Positions 7,657 to 16,986 of a stretch of 35,542 nucleotides of DNA are shown here, piece after piece; the stretch's first letter is position 1, and every line of letters starts with the position of its first letter. Below the pieces are notes generated by a model. That model did not search any database. It was given only the letters and a program-made list of their open reading frames with translations, and was not told the origin of the DNA. The translations under genes were made by a program, and so were the position numbers. The stretch comes from a virus (taxonomy: Duplodnaviria > Caudoviricetes). The stretch is taken from the IMG/VR virus record IMGVR_UViG_3300032255_000171, positions 1-35,542 of that record. One strand, 5' to 3'.

Positions 7657-9023
7657 GGCATCACCATTTGAACGCCGTTATCGACTTCAATATCGAGGCT
7701 GGGTTTGTTTGATTTAATCTTAGTTATTTCTGTTCGCGTATCAGATTTGATTTGAATATCTAACTGTCCTTTCCATGGGCCACCAAATTCATTTATGTTT
7801 CTTATCTGCAGTCGTTGTTTGGCATCTTTACTGCCTAAATTAGACAATAATGTATCGATGCTTCTTCCTTCCAGAAACTTATTTGTTTTTACAGTTAGCC
7901 TTTTTACAGGGCCAGATAATATTTCATCTACCGCACGAGATAATATCGATGATGTGTTAGCTATAGCAGCTTTTGATATTTTAGCGGCACGAGCAGAATC
8001 ACGCCCTGTATCTCCATCTGCTTTTACATTTATAAATTTTTGAATAGAATCAATTTTACCTGTACGTTGAAATTCACCTGAAACAGCGTTAAACCCGCGA
8101 ATTGCTTCAGCATCGAACACCCTTCCTAACAGAGTTTTTCTACCCTTAGTTTTAGTAACAATTTCAGTTATAATTTCATTAATAGGTTTAAGTATCTCAT
8201 TGCCTTTTTTTAATTCTTCTGGGTCAAAAACTTTAATACCACTGTTGTTTAATATTTTTAATTTTGATGCATCAGAAAAAGTTCGTAACATTGCCTCAAA
8301 TGCTGTTGCTGCCTGTTCAGATGAGCCTGTACCTTGTCTTATTATTTGAAGTGCAGCCCCCATTTCACGTAGTGCAGGAACGCCCGTTCTTCCAAGTGAT
8401 GTGTATGCTGTTACTACTCTTGGGCCAAGTGCGGCGAGATTTTGTAATGTAAATGCACCTTCTTTGCCTTGTGCATTTAATATATCAAGAGCCTTTATAA
8501 CTTCTGTTGGATCTTTAATTCCTATTTTTTGGAATTCAGCTAGTATTCCACCTATACTATTACCATCAGCCCCTATTGCCTGTAATGCCAATCCTATATT
8601 ACGAATATTTCTTTCAGCAAAATCAAGGTCACCTGTTTTTTCAACAATTTCTGCAATAGCAGATGTGATTTTATCCGGGTTAATACGAATGTCAGGTTGT
8701 TGTGAAATTTCAAAAATCTGCTTTTTTAAGTCATTCATTCTGCTTTCAGATGCTTTAGCCTGAATTCCTAAACGGACAAAACGCTCTTCTAAATTTAAAA
8801 CTTTATTAACAGCAAAGCCTGTTGCTACTCCTGTTGCAAGAGCAGTATATCTATTACCCATGCGCTTAATTGCTTTGCCAGTTTTTTTTAATGAACGACG
8901 AAGAAGCCTATTAGCACGAGTACTTCTCCGACTAAAGTTAACCATGCTACTCGTATAGCGTTTAGCACGGCGAACTAAGTTTCCCGTTAAATCAATAACT
9001 ACTGATGTTTTTAATTCACCCAT
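7653..9023 (-). CDS. Tape measure protein (short, 456 aa)
   Basis: Between chaperone and gpN; helical; QGKEGAFTLQNLAALGPR and SEQAATAFEA motifs. Confidence 0.85.
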   Translation of the reverse strand: MGELKTSVVIDLTGNLVRRAKRYTSSMVNFSRRSTRANRLLRRSLKKTGKAIKRMGNRYTALATGVATGFAVNKVLNLEERFVRLGIQAKASESRMNDLKKQIFEISQQPDIRINPDKITSAIAEIVEKTGDLDFAERNIRNIGLALQAIGADGNSIGGILAEFQKIGIKDPTEVIKALDILNAQGKEGAFTLQNLAALGPRVVTAYTSLGRTGVPALREMGAALQIIRQGTGSSEQAATAFEAMLRTFSDASKLKILNNSGIKVFDPEELKKGNEILKPINEIITEIVTKTKGRKTLLGRVFDAEAIRGFNAVSGEFQRTGKIDSIQKFINVKADGDTGRDSARAAKISKAAIANTSSILSRAVDEILSGPVKRLTVKTNKFLEGRSIDTLLSNLGSKDAKQRLQIRNINEFGGPWKGQLDIQIKSDTRTEITKIKSNKPSLDIEVDNGVQMVMP

Positions 9024-9127
9024 CTTTATCCAATAAATTCAAATATGTAAATAAACGTTGTAAAGATAACTTGTGTAAATCGTACTCTGACCATCCAGTG
9101 TTAATAGCCAGGGAAAGAACAGCGCTA

Positions 9128-9508
9128 TTAATCGGCTGACTCGCCCTGATGATTTCGCCCCCGTTGAACACTTTCCTCCGCAATAAGTTTTTTTGTACTA
9201 GCCGATTCTAATTCCTCTGCCTTAACCTGAAGTAAATTAAAATCAACAGGGTCGAGGCGCTTTATTTCTTCAATACTTAATGGGCCTTTAACAGACCCTA
9301 TAGAAAGTATTTGTCGGCGTAACATATGTACACCTGCTAATGTTGGACTTGTTACTAATTCAGGGCCATCTTCTGTTTGCATGAGACGTTCAGCTTCAAC
9401 CTGTGAATCAATAATGTCACCAGCGGTAATACTACGAATAACAGCATTTTTAAACACTTCATCAGAAATTTTATAACCTTTAACTAATAACACTGAGACT
9501 TTATTCAT
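9128..9508 (-). CDS. Tail assembly chaperone (Mu gp41-like); frameshift-extended form ends at 9016
   Basis: Position after tube; LRRQI.SIG...GPLS; CGG GGG CGA near the 3' end. Confidence 0.85.
   Translation of the reverse strand: MNKVSVLLVKGYKISDEVFKNAVIRSITAGDIIDSQVEAERLMQTEDGPELVTSPTLAGVHMLRRQILSIGSVKGPLSIEEIKRLDPVDFNLLQVKAEELESASTKKLIAEESVQRGRNHQGESAD
9155..9163 (-). promoter_or_regulatory. Programmed -2 ribosomal frameshift site (Mu type)
   Basis: CGG GGG CGA as in Mu gp41; shifted frame is open to TGA 9016 (EIIRASQPINSAVLSLAINTGWSEYDLHKLSLQRLFTYLNLLDKDG). Confidence 0.8.
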
Positions 9509-9510
9509 AA

Positions 9511-9864
9511 CTAAACCTTATCCACTGTTTCGCCTGACATCTTCAAGGCCGACTTGCCTGAATTAGTATCTACAGGCACAGGCTCAGTAGTAAATGCATC
9601 ACGCATTACATAGGTCTGACCAGTATCAGCTTCAAACATAACAGTAGCACCAGTTATGCCGCTTAAAAAAATGGCGTCCATATCTTTATCGTGCAATACA
9701 TTGCATTCGAGCACGGGCACAACGTCTTCTTCTGTAAAATAAGTATTTCCGCCGTGTGCCTCTGGGTTGCGATTAATGCCACCAGGACTAAGCTTTGCAC
9801 CGTTTTCGGTTTTAAGCTCAACACCGTCAACTCTGATGGTGGCCTTACCTGATATTTTTGCCAT
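9511..9864 (-). CDS. Tail tube protein (Mu gpM)
   Basis: ISGKATIRVDG, PGGINR, FEADTGQTYV; follows the sheath. Confidence 0.9.
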   Translation of the reverse strand: MAKISGKATIRVDGVELKTENGAKLSPGGINRNPEAHGGNTYFTEEDVVPVLECNVLHDKDMDAIFLSGITGATVMFEADTGQTYVMRDAFTTEPVPVDTNSGKSALKMSGETVDKV

Positions 9865-9905
9865 GGTTATTATCTCCAGTTATTTAATTAATTAGCGCCA
9901 TCTAT

Positions 9906-11375
9906 TTAACGACGAAATTGAACCTTCTGTGCATGCACACGATACTGGCTAACCAGTTGTGGTGAATCCTGTACATTTAAACGAGTTGGATCGCCAGCAT
10001 CTATCTGAACAACCAGGCTTGCCTTGTACCCATCGTAGTCCTGCACCCAGCCATCACTCTCCATTTGCGAATACAAACCGAGCAGCTCGGCCACTGCAAT
10101 CTTAGGTTTCATAATGGGTTGGCCTGCGCCGGTTCGTGCTGCATCATTGGCGAGTTTGTGGCGTGGGTATTTCAATGAAAATAATGAGCGCTGCTCAAAT
10201 CGAATACGCTCCAGAGCTTCAGGCGTATTAATGTCGAGATAAGAATCATCGCCCACACCCGCACCGTTGGTTTGGTACATAGTAATTTGACGCTCAATGG
10301 AAACTGAGCCATCAGTGGCGGCTTTATGTGTCGCCATGCCATCGTATAAAAGAGTATTGCGTTCTGTGTTTGACCAGCGATCTTGAATGGCCGGTGCCAG
10401 AACGCCACGCAATGTTAGAGTTTGCACAGGCCGTGCAGGATCAATAGCCAACGAAGCGCCAGCCACAACAGCATTTACCGCTGCCCAAATATAAGGCGGT
10501 GTGGGAGACGTGTTTGTTGCCATGCATGTAACATGTGGATTGTTGCGACCATTACCAAATGTCGAGCTATTAGCCAGGGTATCGCTGAATGCACAAAACG
10601 CACGGCCACCGATTTGTTGCAGTGGCCCCCATCGAGTATCTAACTCTGTTTCAATCGCTGTTAAATTAGCCGCGTCAGTGAAAGGCATAACTATCCAGTT
10701 ATACCATTCACTGGCCATAGCAACGATGGCTGTAGCCATACCAGGATTAGTTGTACCACCGGCCATTGCAGCAAAAGTAATTACCGTACCTGCTGGGGTT
10801 TGTTCGCCATAATAGTTTTCGCGCACATCAATGTCGTTGCCAGTTTCACCTTTCCATTTACAGGTTAAGTCAACCTGGTTAGTGGTTACACCGTTTACAA
10901 CAGCATTAACTGGCAGAGTTGTATCTGCGGTTATGGCCGCAGCAATAGCCGTTGCAATAGCATCTTGCGAATCATTATTACTTACAGCAACCGAAACTTT
11001 TTTACCCGCAATATATAACTGCACACTGCCATTTGATGTGGCTGCACCGGTAGCGGTAATAGTGCCTGCTGCAGCTGCACCGCCTGCGGCTTCATCCAGA
11101 GCAATAGCCCAGGTTTCCATAAACTGATTGGCGTTTTTCAATGCCTTTATTTGTTCGGCTAACATAGAACCGCGACCGAAATACTTTTCTGCGTCTTCAA
11201 CATTGGTCACTAATGTAGGTATGCCTTCAGCAACGGTGCCATTTGCCAGTCGTTGACCAATCACCAGCACTTTAAAATTGACAACTGAGTTACCAGCCAG
11301 TGAATTATCAAACTCGATATATACACCAGGTATGCGCAAGTTTGATGGAATGTTATTAAATGAAATGCCGGGCAT
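9906..11375 (-). CDS. Tail sheath protein (Mu gpL)
   Basis: ISFNNIP..LRIPGVYIEFDNS, FGRGSML, DPARP.QTL, KYPRHKLA. Confidence 0.96.
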   Translation of the reverse strand: MPGISFNNIPSNLRIPGVYIEFDNSLAGNSVVNFKVLVIGQRLANGTVAEGIPTLVTNVEDAEKYFGRGSMLAEQIKALKNANQFMETWAIALDEAAGGAAAAGTITATGAATSNGSVQLYIAGKKVSVAVSNNDSQDAIATAIAAAITADTTLPVNAVVNGVTTNQVDLTCKWKGETGNDIDVRENYYGEQTPAGTVITFAAMAGGTTNPGMATAIVAMASEWYNWIVMPFTDAANLTAIETELDTRWGPLQQIGGRAFCAFSDTLANSSTFGNGRNNPHVTCMATNTSPTPPYIWAAVNAVVAGASLAIDPARPVQTLTLRGVLAPAIQDRWSNTERNTLLYDGMATHKAATDGSVSIERQITMYQTNGAGVGDDSYLDINTPEALERIRFEQRSLFSLKYPRHKLANDAARTGAGQPIMKPKIAVAELLGLYSQMESDGWVQDYDGYKASLVVQIDAGDPTRLNVQDSPQLVSQYRVHAQKVQFRR

Positions 11376-11378
11376 GGT

Positions 11379-11588
11379 CTATTTCTCCTGGTTAGTATTA
11401 GATTGGATAGCTGTAGTGGTTGGCTTTCTGGTTTTGTTAACCAGCTCAATATCGCCATCTTTTAAACGACGACGCCAGTAACTGTTGTCCGGAACCACTT
11501 CACCATTTTTTGCCAAACGCTTATTATCTTTTTCTGGCATACGAACAATCGTGTCTTTGTCTTTTGGTTTTACTTTTAATATATTCAT
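11379..11588 (-). CDS. Mu gp38-like (DUF2635) protein
   Basis: GE.VP...YW.RRLKDGDI motif immediately upstream of the sheath. Confidence 0.9.
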   Translation of the reverse strand: MNILKVKPKDKDTIVRMPEKDNKRLAKNGEVVPDNSYWRRRLKDGDIELVNKTRKPTTTAIQSNTNQEK

Positions 11589-11600
11589 AATTAAATCCCG

Positions 11601-12173
11601 TTACTGTGGAAGTGTTACCTGGTCTTGTGCTACCGGCTCATCATTTCCAGGTGCCATTGAATGGTCTGCGTTATAAGTGGCAAAATCATTTAATGTAGCA
11701 AGGTCAGCTTCAAATGGAAAAGCCATATTTTCAATCGTGAATGATGCTGAATATACGGTACCGCCTAAGTCAAACATCGCCTCACCGAATAAATTATCTA
11801 CACCAACAAGATTTAATATACCAATGTCTTGAATATCATGACCATTTATTTGAGGTAGAATAAAGCCAAGAATGTCATAACAACCAATAACCCGTGCATT
11901 GCCACGACGTCGTATTTCTTCATTGGGTAGTTTGGTCACTGCGTAGACATCGAACTTTCCATCGATCATTGCGTCACTGGATTTTGTTTTTCCAGTTCCA
12001 CCAAGAAATGAAACATAAACACCAGGAGCCTTTTGTAACAAACGTTTTAACAGGTCATAACTCCATGCGCCTGGTAATGTTTCTACTTCTCTCAGTTTTT
12101 CATCTCCGGGCTTCATTAGAACAGATTTAACCTGGGAAATTATTTCATCTTCGACTGTACTTATAATGCTCAT
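11601..12173 (-). CDS. Tail terminator / completion protein (Mu gp37-like)
   Basis: VETLPGAW, PGVYVSFLGG, NLF; synteny. Confidence 0.85.
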   Translation of the reverse strand: MSIISTVEDEIISQVKSVLMKPGDEKLREVETLPGAWSYDLLKRLLQKAPGVYVSFLGGTGKTKSSDAMIDGKFDVYAVTKLPNEEIRRRGNARVIGCYDILGFILPQINGHDIQDIGILNLVGVDNLFGEAMFDLGGTVYSASFTIENMAFPFEADLATLNDFATYNADHSMAPGNDEPVAQDQVTLPQ

Positions 12174-12598
12174 TACATAAACCCATTATCTTTGCGCCCA
12201 AATACTCGGCCATTGGATTCCATATTCGCAGAATTACTTGTTTGTGGTGCTGCGCCTGCATTATCAACGCCAAGGTTAACGGTTCCTTTTGCTGCGCGGC
12301 CTAGAAACTTAACAGCTTCGTCGTAGTTTTTTTCAACGTGATCAGAAACTGCATCGTCATAAAGATAGTAACGAGAAATATCACAAGCAATTCGAATTAA
12401 TGCTGGCGGAATAGTTACAAGTGGAATGGTATAACGACCTGAAAGATAACCATCGATTAGGCCAGACGCATCATCAATTGCCTGGGTTAACACTGTGACA
12501 TTAATTGCACTTGCACCTAAATCATCCTGGTTGGTTACTTCGGTAAGCTCTTCATTACCAAAGCGATCAATCATGTCTTGTTGAGTACAGTAAGGCAT
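12173..12598 (-). CDS. Head-to-tail connector (Mu gp36, DUF1320)
   Basis: MPYCT..DM..RFG, IDGYL..RY..PL, IACDISRY.LY. Confidence 0.92.
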   Translation of the reverse strand: MPYCTQQDMIDRFGNEELTEVTNQDDLGASAINVTVLTQAIDDASGLIDGYLSGRYTIPLVTIPPALIRIACDISRYYLYDDAVSDHVEKNYDEAVKFLGRAAKGTVNLGVDNAGAAPQTSNSANMESNGRVFGRKDNGFM

Positions 12599-12605
12599 CT
12601 ATTAT

Positions 12606-13157
12606 TTACACCGCATTTAGCTGTTCGACTGCGTCGTAACCAATTTGACTAATGTTTTTCCACTGGCTTTTATCAGTAATTCCAGAAGCGCTCTGTTTTG
12701 CAGATTGCCGTATTTGTTCAATCGCTGCTGCCAGTTGCATCCACTGATTTGCTGTAGCCAAAATATAATCACAGGCAACAGTTGTAGATGATGCCATTGC
12801 ATTAGCTTCAGCTTGAATTAATAAATATTTTGTGGTGTCAACAGGATAACCTTCTGCTTTATAGGATTCTGCTTGTTCTTTTTTCAGCGCATAAACTGCA
12901 TCTTGACCAGGTGCAACAGTTATATAACGGGCACGGGCTTCACCGGCTGCATTATCAATTCTTGCATGGGCATCAGCAATACAACCAGGGAGCGGATCGA
13001 ATGCCGCAATGATATCAAGCACATCTTGCTCAATAACATCATCTGGAACCTCGGCATACATTTCCAAATTATTTTGATAAATACTCCAACCCTTTGCAGA
13101 TAACATATCAATAATTGGCTGCGGCATAGTTGGGTCTGTTGAAATTTTTATTTCCAT
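12606..13157 (-). CDS. Hypothetical protein resembling tail-fibre assembly chaperones
   Basis: IDNAAGEARARYIT..PGQ..VY..K..QA and W.QLAAAIEQIR segments, typical of genes following fibres; TAATG-coupled start at 13157. Confidence 0.65.
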   Translation of the reverse strand: MEIKISTDPTMPQPIIDMLSAKGWSIYQNNLEMYAEVPDDVIEQDVLDIIAAFDPLPGCIADAHARIDNAAGEARARYITVAPGQDAVYALKKEQAESYKAEGYPVDTTKYLLIQAEANAMASSTTVACDYILATANQWMQLAAAIEQIRQSAKQSASGITDKSQWKNISQIGYDAVEQLNAV

Positions 13158-13783
13158 TAGATGGGCCTCCATTTGCTATAGAGCGCAGACACATTCAATG
13201 CAGTAACAATATTTGAACCTGTTACAGGCGGGGTTACTCCAATACTTATAGCAGAGGCTGCGACGACAGATAAGTTATTTGCACCTCCTAAACCTGCCAT
13301 GCCTGGTATCGGCCCAGCACTATCGCGTACTTGTAAATTAAAATTGGCATCGCTGCCCACACCAAACCAAACCATATTATTGCCGGGTTTAACCGAGAGA
13401 CCTGATGCAACTTGTATCGCACCATTAGAATTATCTGTTGTCGCCGCTACTCCTGATGCAAGCTCAGCACCCAATTTTCCTGAATTAGTTGCGGCAGGTG
13501 TATCTGGCAACCATAATCCCCAACCTAAATTTACAGCAGCGCCTGCACCTACATTATTTTGACCAAACACAAATAGATCTGTAATCTCTCCAGCATTTCT
13601 TGCAAAAACAAGCGGGATAAACTGCCAAACAAAACCGTTGAGCAAAACTTCTTTTGTTAAGTCGGCTTTGCCCTGAGTTGGCCCCCAATAAATAACAGAG
13701 GCTAAGGTCAAATAATTCCATTTGCCACGGTATGAATCGATACCCAATTCTTCGTGTTCTAAAACGTGATTAGGAAGACTCAT
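13157..13783 (-). CDS. Hypothetical G/A-rich beta-structured protein
   Basis: 208-aa ORF overlapping both neighbours by one base. Confidence 0.65.
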   Translation of the reverse strand: MSLPNHVLEHEELGIDSYRGKWNYLTLASVIYWGPTQGKADLTKEVLLNGFVWQFIPLVFARNAGEITDLFVFGQNNVGAGAAVNLGWGLWLPDTPAATNSGKLGAELASGVAATTDNSNGAIQVASGLSVKPGNNMVWFGVGSDANFNLQVRDSAGPIPGMAGLGGANNLSVVAASAISIGVTPPVTGSNIVTALNVSALYSKWRPI

Positions 13784-13968
13784 TATTGTTTAACCCAACC
13801 ACTTACATTAGTTAGTTTGCCATTTGTATACGTCATAGTCTGACGCCAGGTGTCGACACCACTGGTTGCCTCAACATAATTGAGCGTACCGTCTGCGTTC
13901 CAATCCAGGGTTTGTGGCCATGATTCTGGATCGATAGGTTTACCTTTGGTGTCTAATACCTGACTCAT
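13783..13968 (-). CDS. Hypothetical 61-aa beta-hairpin protein
   Basis: WNADGTLNYVEAT...TWRQTMTYTNGKLTNVSGW; tight operon spacing. Confidence 0.7.
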   Translation of the reverse strand: MSQVLDTKGKPIDPESWPQTLDWNADGTLNYVEATSGVDTWRQTMTYTNGKLTNVSGWVKQ

Positions 13969-13971
13969 GAC

Positions 13972-14190
13972 TTAGTCTTCCTTGTCGGCCACTTTTGGCG
14001 CATCCATTTGAATTTCCTGTACCACTAACATGCGACCCGCTTCATCCATAAGTTGCTTAAGCTGCTCTTTATCAAGCTCACTTGCAGCAACATCGATTGT
14101 GCCAGTCCACTCACGACCAGCACGACGAAAGCCATCGCGTTTTGTAGTGATGCGAAAACCTTTTACTTTTTTAGGGGCTTTATCAGCCAT
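13972..14190 (-). CDS. HI1506-like / Mu gp35-position protein
   Basis: RDGFRRAG..W and L..EQL..L motifs; GGAG RBS; follows the capsid gene. Confidence 0.85.
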   Translation of the reverse strand: MADKAPKKVKGFRITTKRDGFRRAGREWTGTIDVAASELDKEQLKQLMDEAGRMLVVQEIQMDAPKVADKED

Positions 14191-14277
14191 AATATTTCTC
14201 CAGAAATTTTAAACACGACTTTTAAATATTTTTAAAACTTACACATCCTTGTGCATTACAACTCAGGTGTTAGTTAC

Positions 14278-15303
14278 TTATGCCAACCAGGGCACGACCA
14301 TAACTTCAACTGCTTTGTAGTTGGTGTTGTCTTCGCCACCGGCCAATTTTTCTTTATCGATTACTGCCTTAGCAGCAGCTCGATTACCTGGGCCAACAAC
14401 CAGTATTGATGGTTTTACACCGAGGGGACGACCTTCGTCTGACTTGAAACCCATCATGGCTTCAACTGCACTGTCGAAGTTGGCGGCGCTCAATGCTGCC
14501 TTGGATCCAAGAGCTAGTTGCCACAAGCCAAAGCCACCATTAACACGAGCATCAACACCGTAGCGAAACTCTTCACGCATAAAGACTTTTTCATCATCAT
14601 CATCGGTCATGGCTTTAAAGTCATAATCACGACGGCGCTGGAAAATCAAAGGTTTTAATGGGCGACTGGCGTCCAGTAGGAACCAGGGAGTTCCAGCACC
14701 AGCCTGCATGTTGGATACAGAGGCACCATTTACAGGATGATCGGTATCGAAAAAGAACTGACCGTCATAACAGGTTTCTGTAAAACCTTTTGCTAAGAGA
14801 TCAAACATCAACTCATCAGGATGCGTTTGTGCGGCATAACCCATCTCACTCATTAGCGGTGTTAGCACGCCATAGCTATCGTCGTCGATATCATCTTTCG
14901 GTACACCAACAGTCGATTCGAATTTTTTATTCTTAATTGAATAATCATGAAGCGAGAGGCTTTTAACCTGTCGATCACCCAGCCATTCACGTAAGCGTGG
15001 GAACTGACCTAGCCATGCATATTTTTCTTCTTTTGAGGATGAAGGAACTAGTGTGGCTATTTTGTCCCATTGGCGATCTGCACCGGCAAAAGCATTATTA
15101 AATGCCGTTTTAAATGCCTGGAAAATGATATTTAAATTCGCTTTATTAACAACCAATCCAGCGAAGGCCAGTGGCATTATTTCCATATCGGTGAATGGAT
15201 TGGCCGCGACCGACTCAGGTGTGGTGCCAAGGGTAAATGCAAAAGCACTGATTATAAGTGCAAGTGCAAAGAGTGGTGTGTGATTTAACAAGGTGCGCTT
15301 CAT
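14278..15303 (-). CDS. Major capsid protein (Mu gpT family) with an N-terminal hydrophobic extension
   Basis: YAWLGQFPRLREWLGDR, CYDGQFFFDTDHPV, RPLKPLIFQ, YGVDAR.N.GFG.WQLA; AGAGGA RBS before ATG 15303. Confidence 0.96.
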   Translation of the reverse strand: MKRTLLNHTPLFALALIISAFAFTLGTTPESVAANPFTDMEIMPLAFAGLVVNKANLNIIFQAFKTAFNNAFAGADRQWDKIATLVPSSSKEEKYAWLGQFPRLREWLGDRQVKSLSLHDYSIKNKKFESTVGVPKDDIDDDSYGVLTPLMSEMGYAAQTHPDELMFDLLAKGFTETCYDGQFFFDTDHPVNGASVSNMQAGAGTPWFLLDASRPLKPLIFQRRRDYDFKAMTDDDDEKVFMREEFRYGVDARVNGGFGLWQLALGSKAALSAANFDSAVEAMMGFKSDEGRPLGVKPSILVVGPGNRAAAKAVIDKEKLAGGEDNTNYKAVEVMVVPWLA

Positions 15304-15366
15304 AGCTTTTTCCTCTTGATTGAAAATTATTTTTTTCAGTTAATTGATTTGTGTTTTTGTATTTAA

Positions 15367-15768
15367 TTAACCGACTTGCACAAAGACACCATCACTGTCG
15401 ACATCTTTGATAACGCCTGCAATCGAACGTGTGGTGCCGCCATCATTGTCAGCAACGGTCTGGTCATCTACGATGTATGCGTTACTGCCAATATCAACAC
15501 GAGCAATGGTGCCGTCGTTAGCAAAATGGAACCGACCTGATTTGCTAGGTGCATTGAGATCGCCATCGGCCCCGGCACTGTTGTCTACGTTTTCCTGGGC
15601 AACTCCACGTGCCGTGAGTCCTACTGCAGTTGTACCTGGTTGCGCATAACCAATGGCATCTAACACCACTAATGCACCCGCGAAAATCTGAGCGCCTGCA
15701 GCAACCGGATCTGAATAATCCACGCCTGCGCGTTCATTCGTTTTTTTGTCTTTGGATAATGCGACCAT
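15367..15768 (-). CDS. Capsid decoration / cement protein (DUF2190-like)
   Basis: PVAAG..IFAGALV, VDNS.GADGD, YIVDDQTV; between protease and capsid. Confidence 0.8.
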   Translation of the reverse strand: MVALSKDKKTNERAGVDYSDPVAAGAQIFAGALVVLDAIGYAQPGTTAVGLTARGVAQENVDNSAGADGDLNAPSKSGRFHFANDGTIARVDIGSNAYIVDDQTVADNDGGTTRSIAGVIKDVDSDGVFVQVG

Positions 15769-15839
15769 GTCGGTTGCTCCTTACGTTTTAATAGATTGCT
15801 GTTAGTGCAGCGGTTAAGTTAAATTCAAGACAGCTTTAG

Positions 15840-16370
15840 TTAAGCTACTTTTGTTTTTTTGTATTCTTCAGGATCAATGCCTGTGGATTTGCAGACAGCT
15901 ATCTCTTCTGCGGATAATTCACCATCGCCACCTTCGCCATTTGGGCCTTCACCTTTTGTTTGGCTGCCTTTAAGGGCTGCGATGGGTTGAGCGCTTTCAA
16001 GATAGGCTTTCAGTTCTGCCGCATCTTTTTCGCCCAGCTTGCGTGCCCACCCTTCCTGGGCAGGTAATAACTTGCCATCGGATAGAGCAACATCAACCAG
16101 GTCGCCAACTTCGTTTGCATTCAAACGTGTTGAAAGTTCAGCCACCTGAGTTTTTAAGTCAGTCATCATTTCAACCGGCACAAACTTGGCGGGGTCTGGC
16201 TTGCCTGCTGCAGCTGTAAGCGTTTCGACATTTGCTTTAAGAGTCGTAATGGTCTCTTCTGACTTTTCAGCCGCATCAAGTTTTGTTTTTAATGCAGTGA
16301 CTGCTTTATTAATGTCATCTTCACTGGCACCTTCTTTAAGGCACAATAATTTAAGTAGTGCTTCGCTCAT
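15840..16370 (-). CDS. Scaffold protein Z, internal in-frame start within I
   Basis: GAGGA RBS before in-frame ATG 16370 (MSEALLKLL), as in Mu I/Z. Confidence 0.65.
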   Translation of the reverse strand: MSEALLKLLCLKEGASEDDINKAVTALKTKLDAAEKSEETITTLKANVETLTAAAGKPDPAKFVPVEMMTDLKTQVAELSTRLNANEVGDLVDVALSDGKLLPAQEGWARKLGEKDAAELKAYLESAQPIAALKGSQTKGEGPNGEGGDGELSAEEIAVCKSTGIDPEEYKKTKVA

Positions 16371-16931
16371 TGAATCATCCTCTTGGTTGGATTGTTCTAT
16401 TGAAAATTTTGCTGCTGCCATTTGTTCCAGATCGGCCATACCATCAATGGCGGCATAATTAGTAAGGGCCGCCATTAATATGCCGAGTACTTCACCGGTG
16501 ACTTTGTCGTAGATAATGACTGGTGAGATATACAGGTATTCTTTGTTTTCAATGGCCTGTTTTGCAGCTGCTGTCCATTCGACGTCCGTTGCAAATAATC
16601 CCTGGCCATCGCGCCATTCAAGCTGGGTGTACCAACCACCTGCAGGTGCAGGCTTTCCATTGTCTTTTGTATAAAGTGTTTGATGTTCGTAGTCGACAAC
16701 AAACTTATCGGCATTGGCTGCAGCGCGTGTAATGACACGCTGGGCAATATCGTTATCGATAAACCAACCAGATAAACCATTAGGTCGTCCATCACGAGCC
16801 TTAAATAGACCGGCAGGGGTCAACTGGATTTCTCCAGGAGCAGATGCACTTAATTCAAAAGTACAGACTGCGATGCCGACTGCTGATTTTTTGCTCAAAT
16901 GTGGTCGCCTCATGCCAGGGTGTAAGTACAT
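15840..16931 (-). CDS. Prohead protease I (Mu gp32)
   Basis: P.G.F.ARDGRP, VVDYEHQTL, PAPA.GW, EY.YISPV, ALTN. Confidence 0.95.
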   Translation of the reverse strand: MYLHPGMRRPHLSKKSAVGIAVCTFELSASAPGEIQLTPAGLFKARDGRPNGLSGWFIDNDIAQRVITRAAANADKFVVDYEHQTLYTKDNGKPAPAGGWYTQLEWRDGQGLFATDVEWTAAAKQAIENKEYLYISPVIIYDKVTGEVLGILMAALTNYAAIDGMADLEQMAAAKFSIEQSNQEDDSMSEALLKLLCLKEGASEDDINKAVTALKTKLDAAEKSEETITTLKANVETLTAAAGKPDPAKFVPVEMMTDLKTQVAELSTRLNANEVGDLVDVALSDGKLLPAQEGWARKLGEKDAAELKAYLESAQPIAALKGSQTKGEGPNGEGGDGELSAEEIAVCKSTGIDPEEYKKTKVA

Positions 16932-16986
16932 GGGACGATTATGTATGAAGTGGGATAGTTAAATTAGTATGAAGTACTTCAGTGGG
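16931..16986 (-). promoter_or_regulatory. Late promoter (P-I equivalent) with activator-binding palindrome
   Basis: TGAAGTACTTCA at 16970-16981; -10 CATAAT 6 nt before ATG 16931; near-identical copy upstream of the lysin. Confidence 0.75.

Noticed and set aside
14255-14277. ACAACTCAGGTGTTAG resembling an attC right arm
   Set aside because: No matching left arm upstream.
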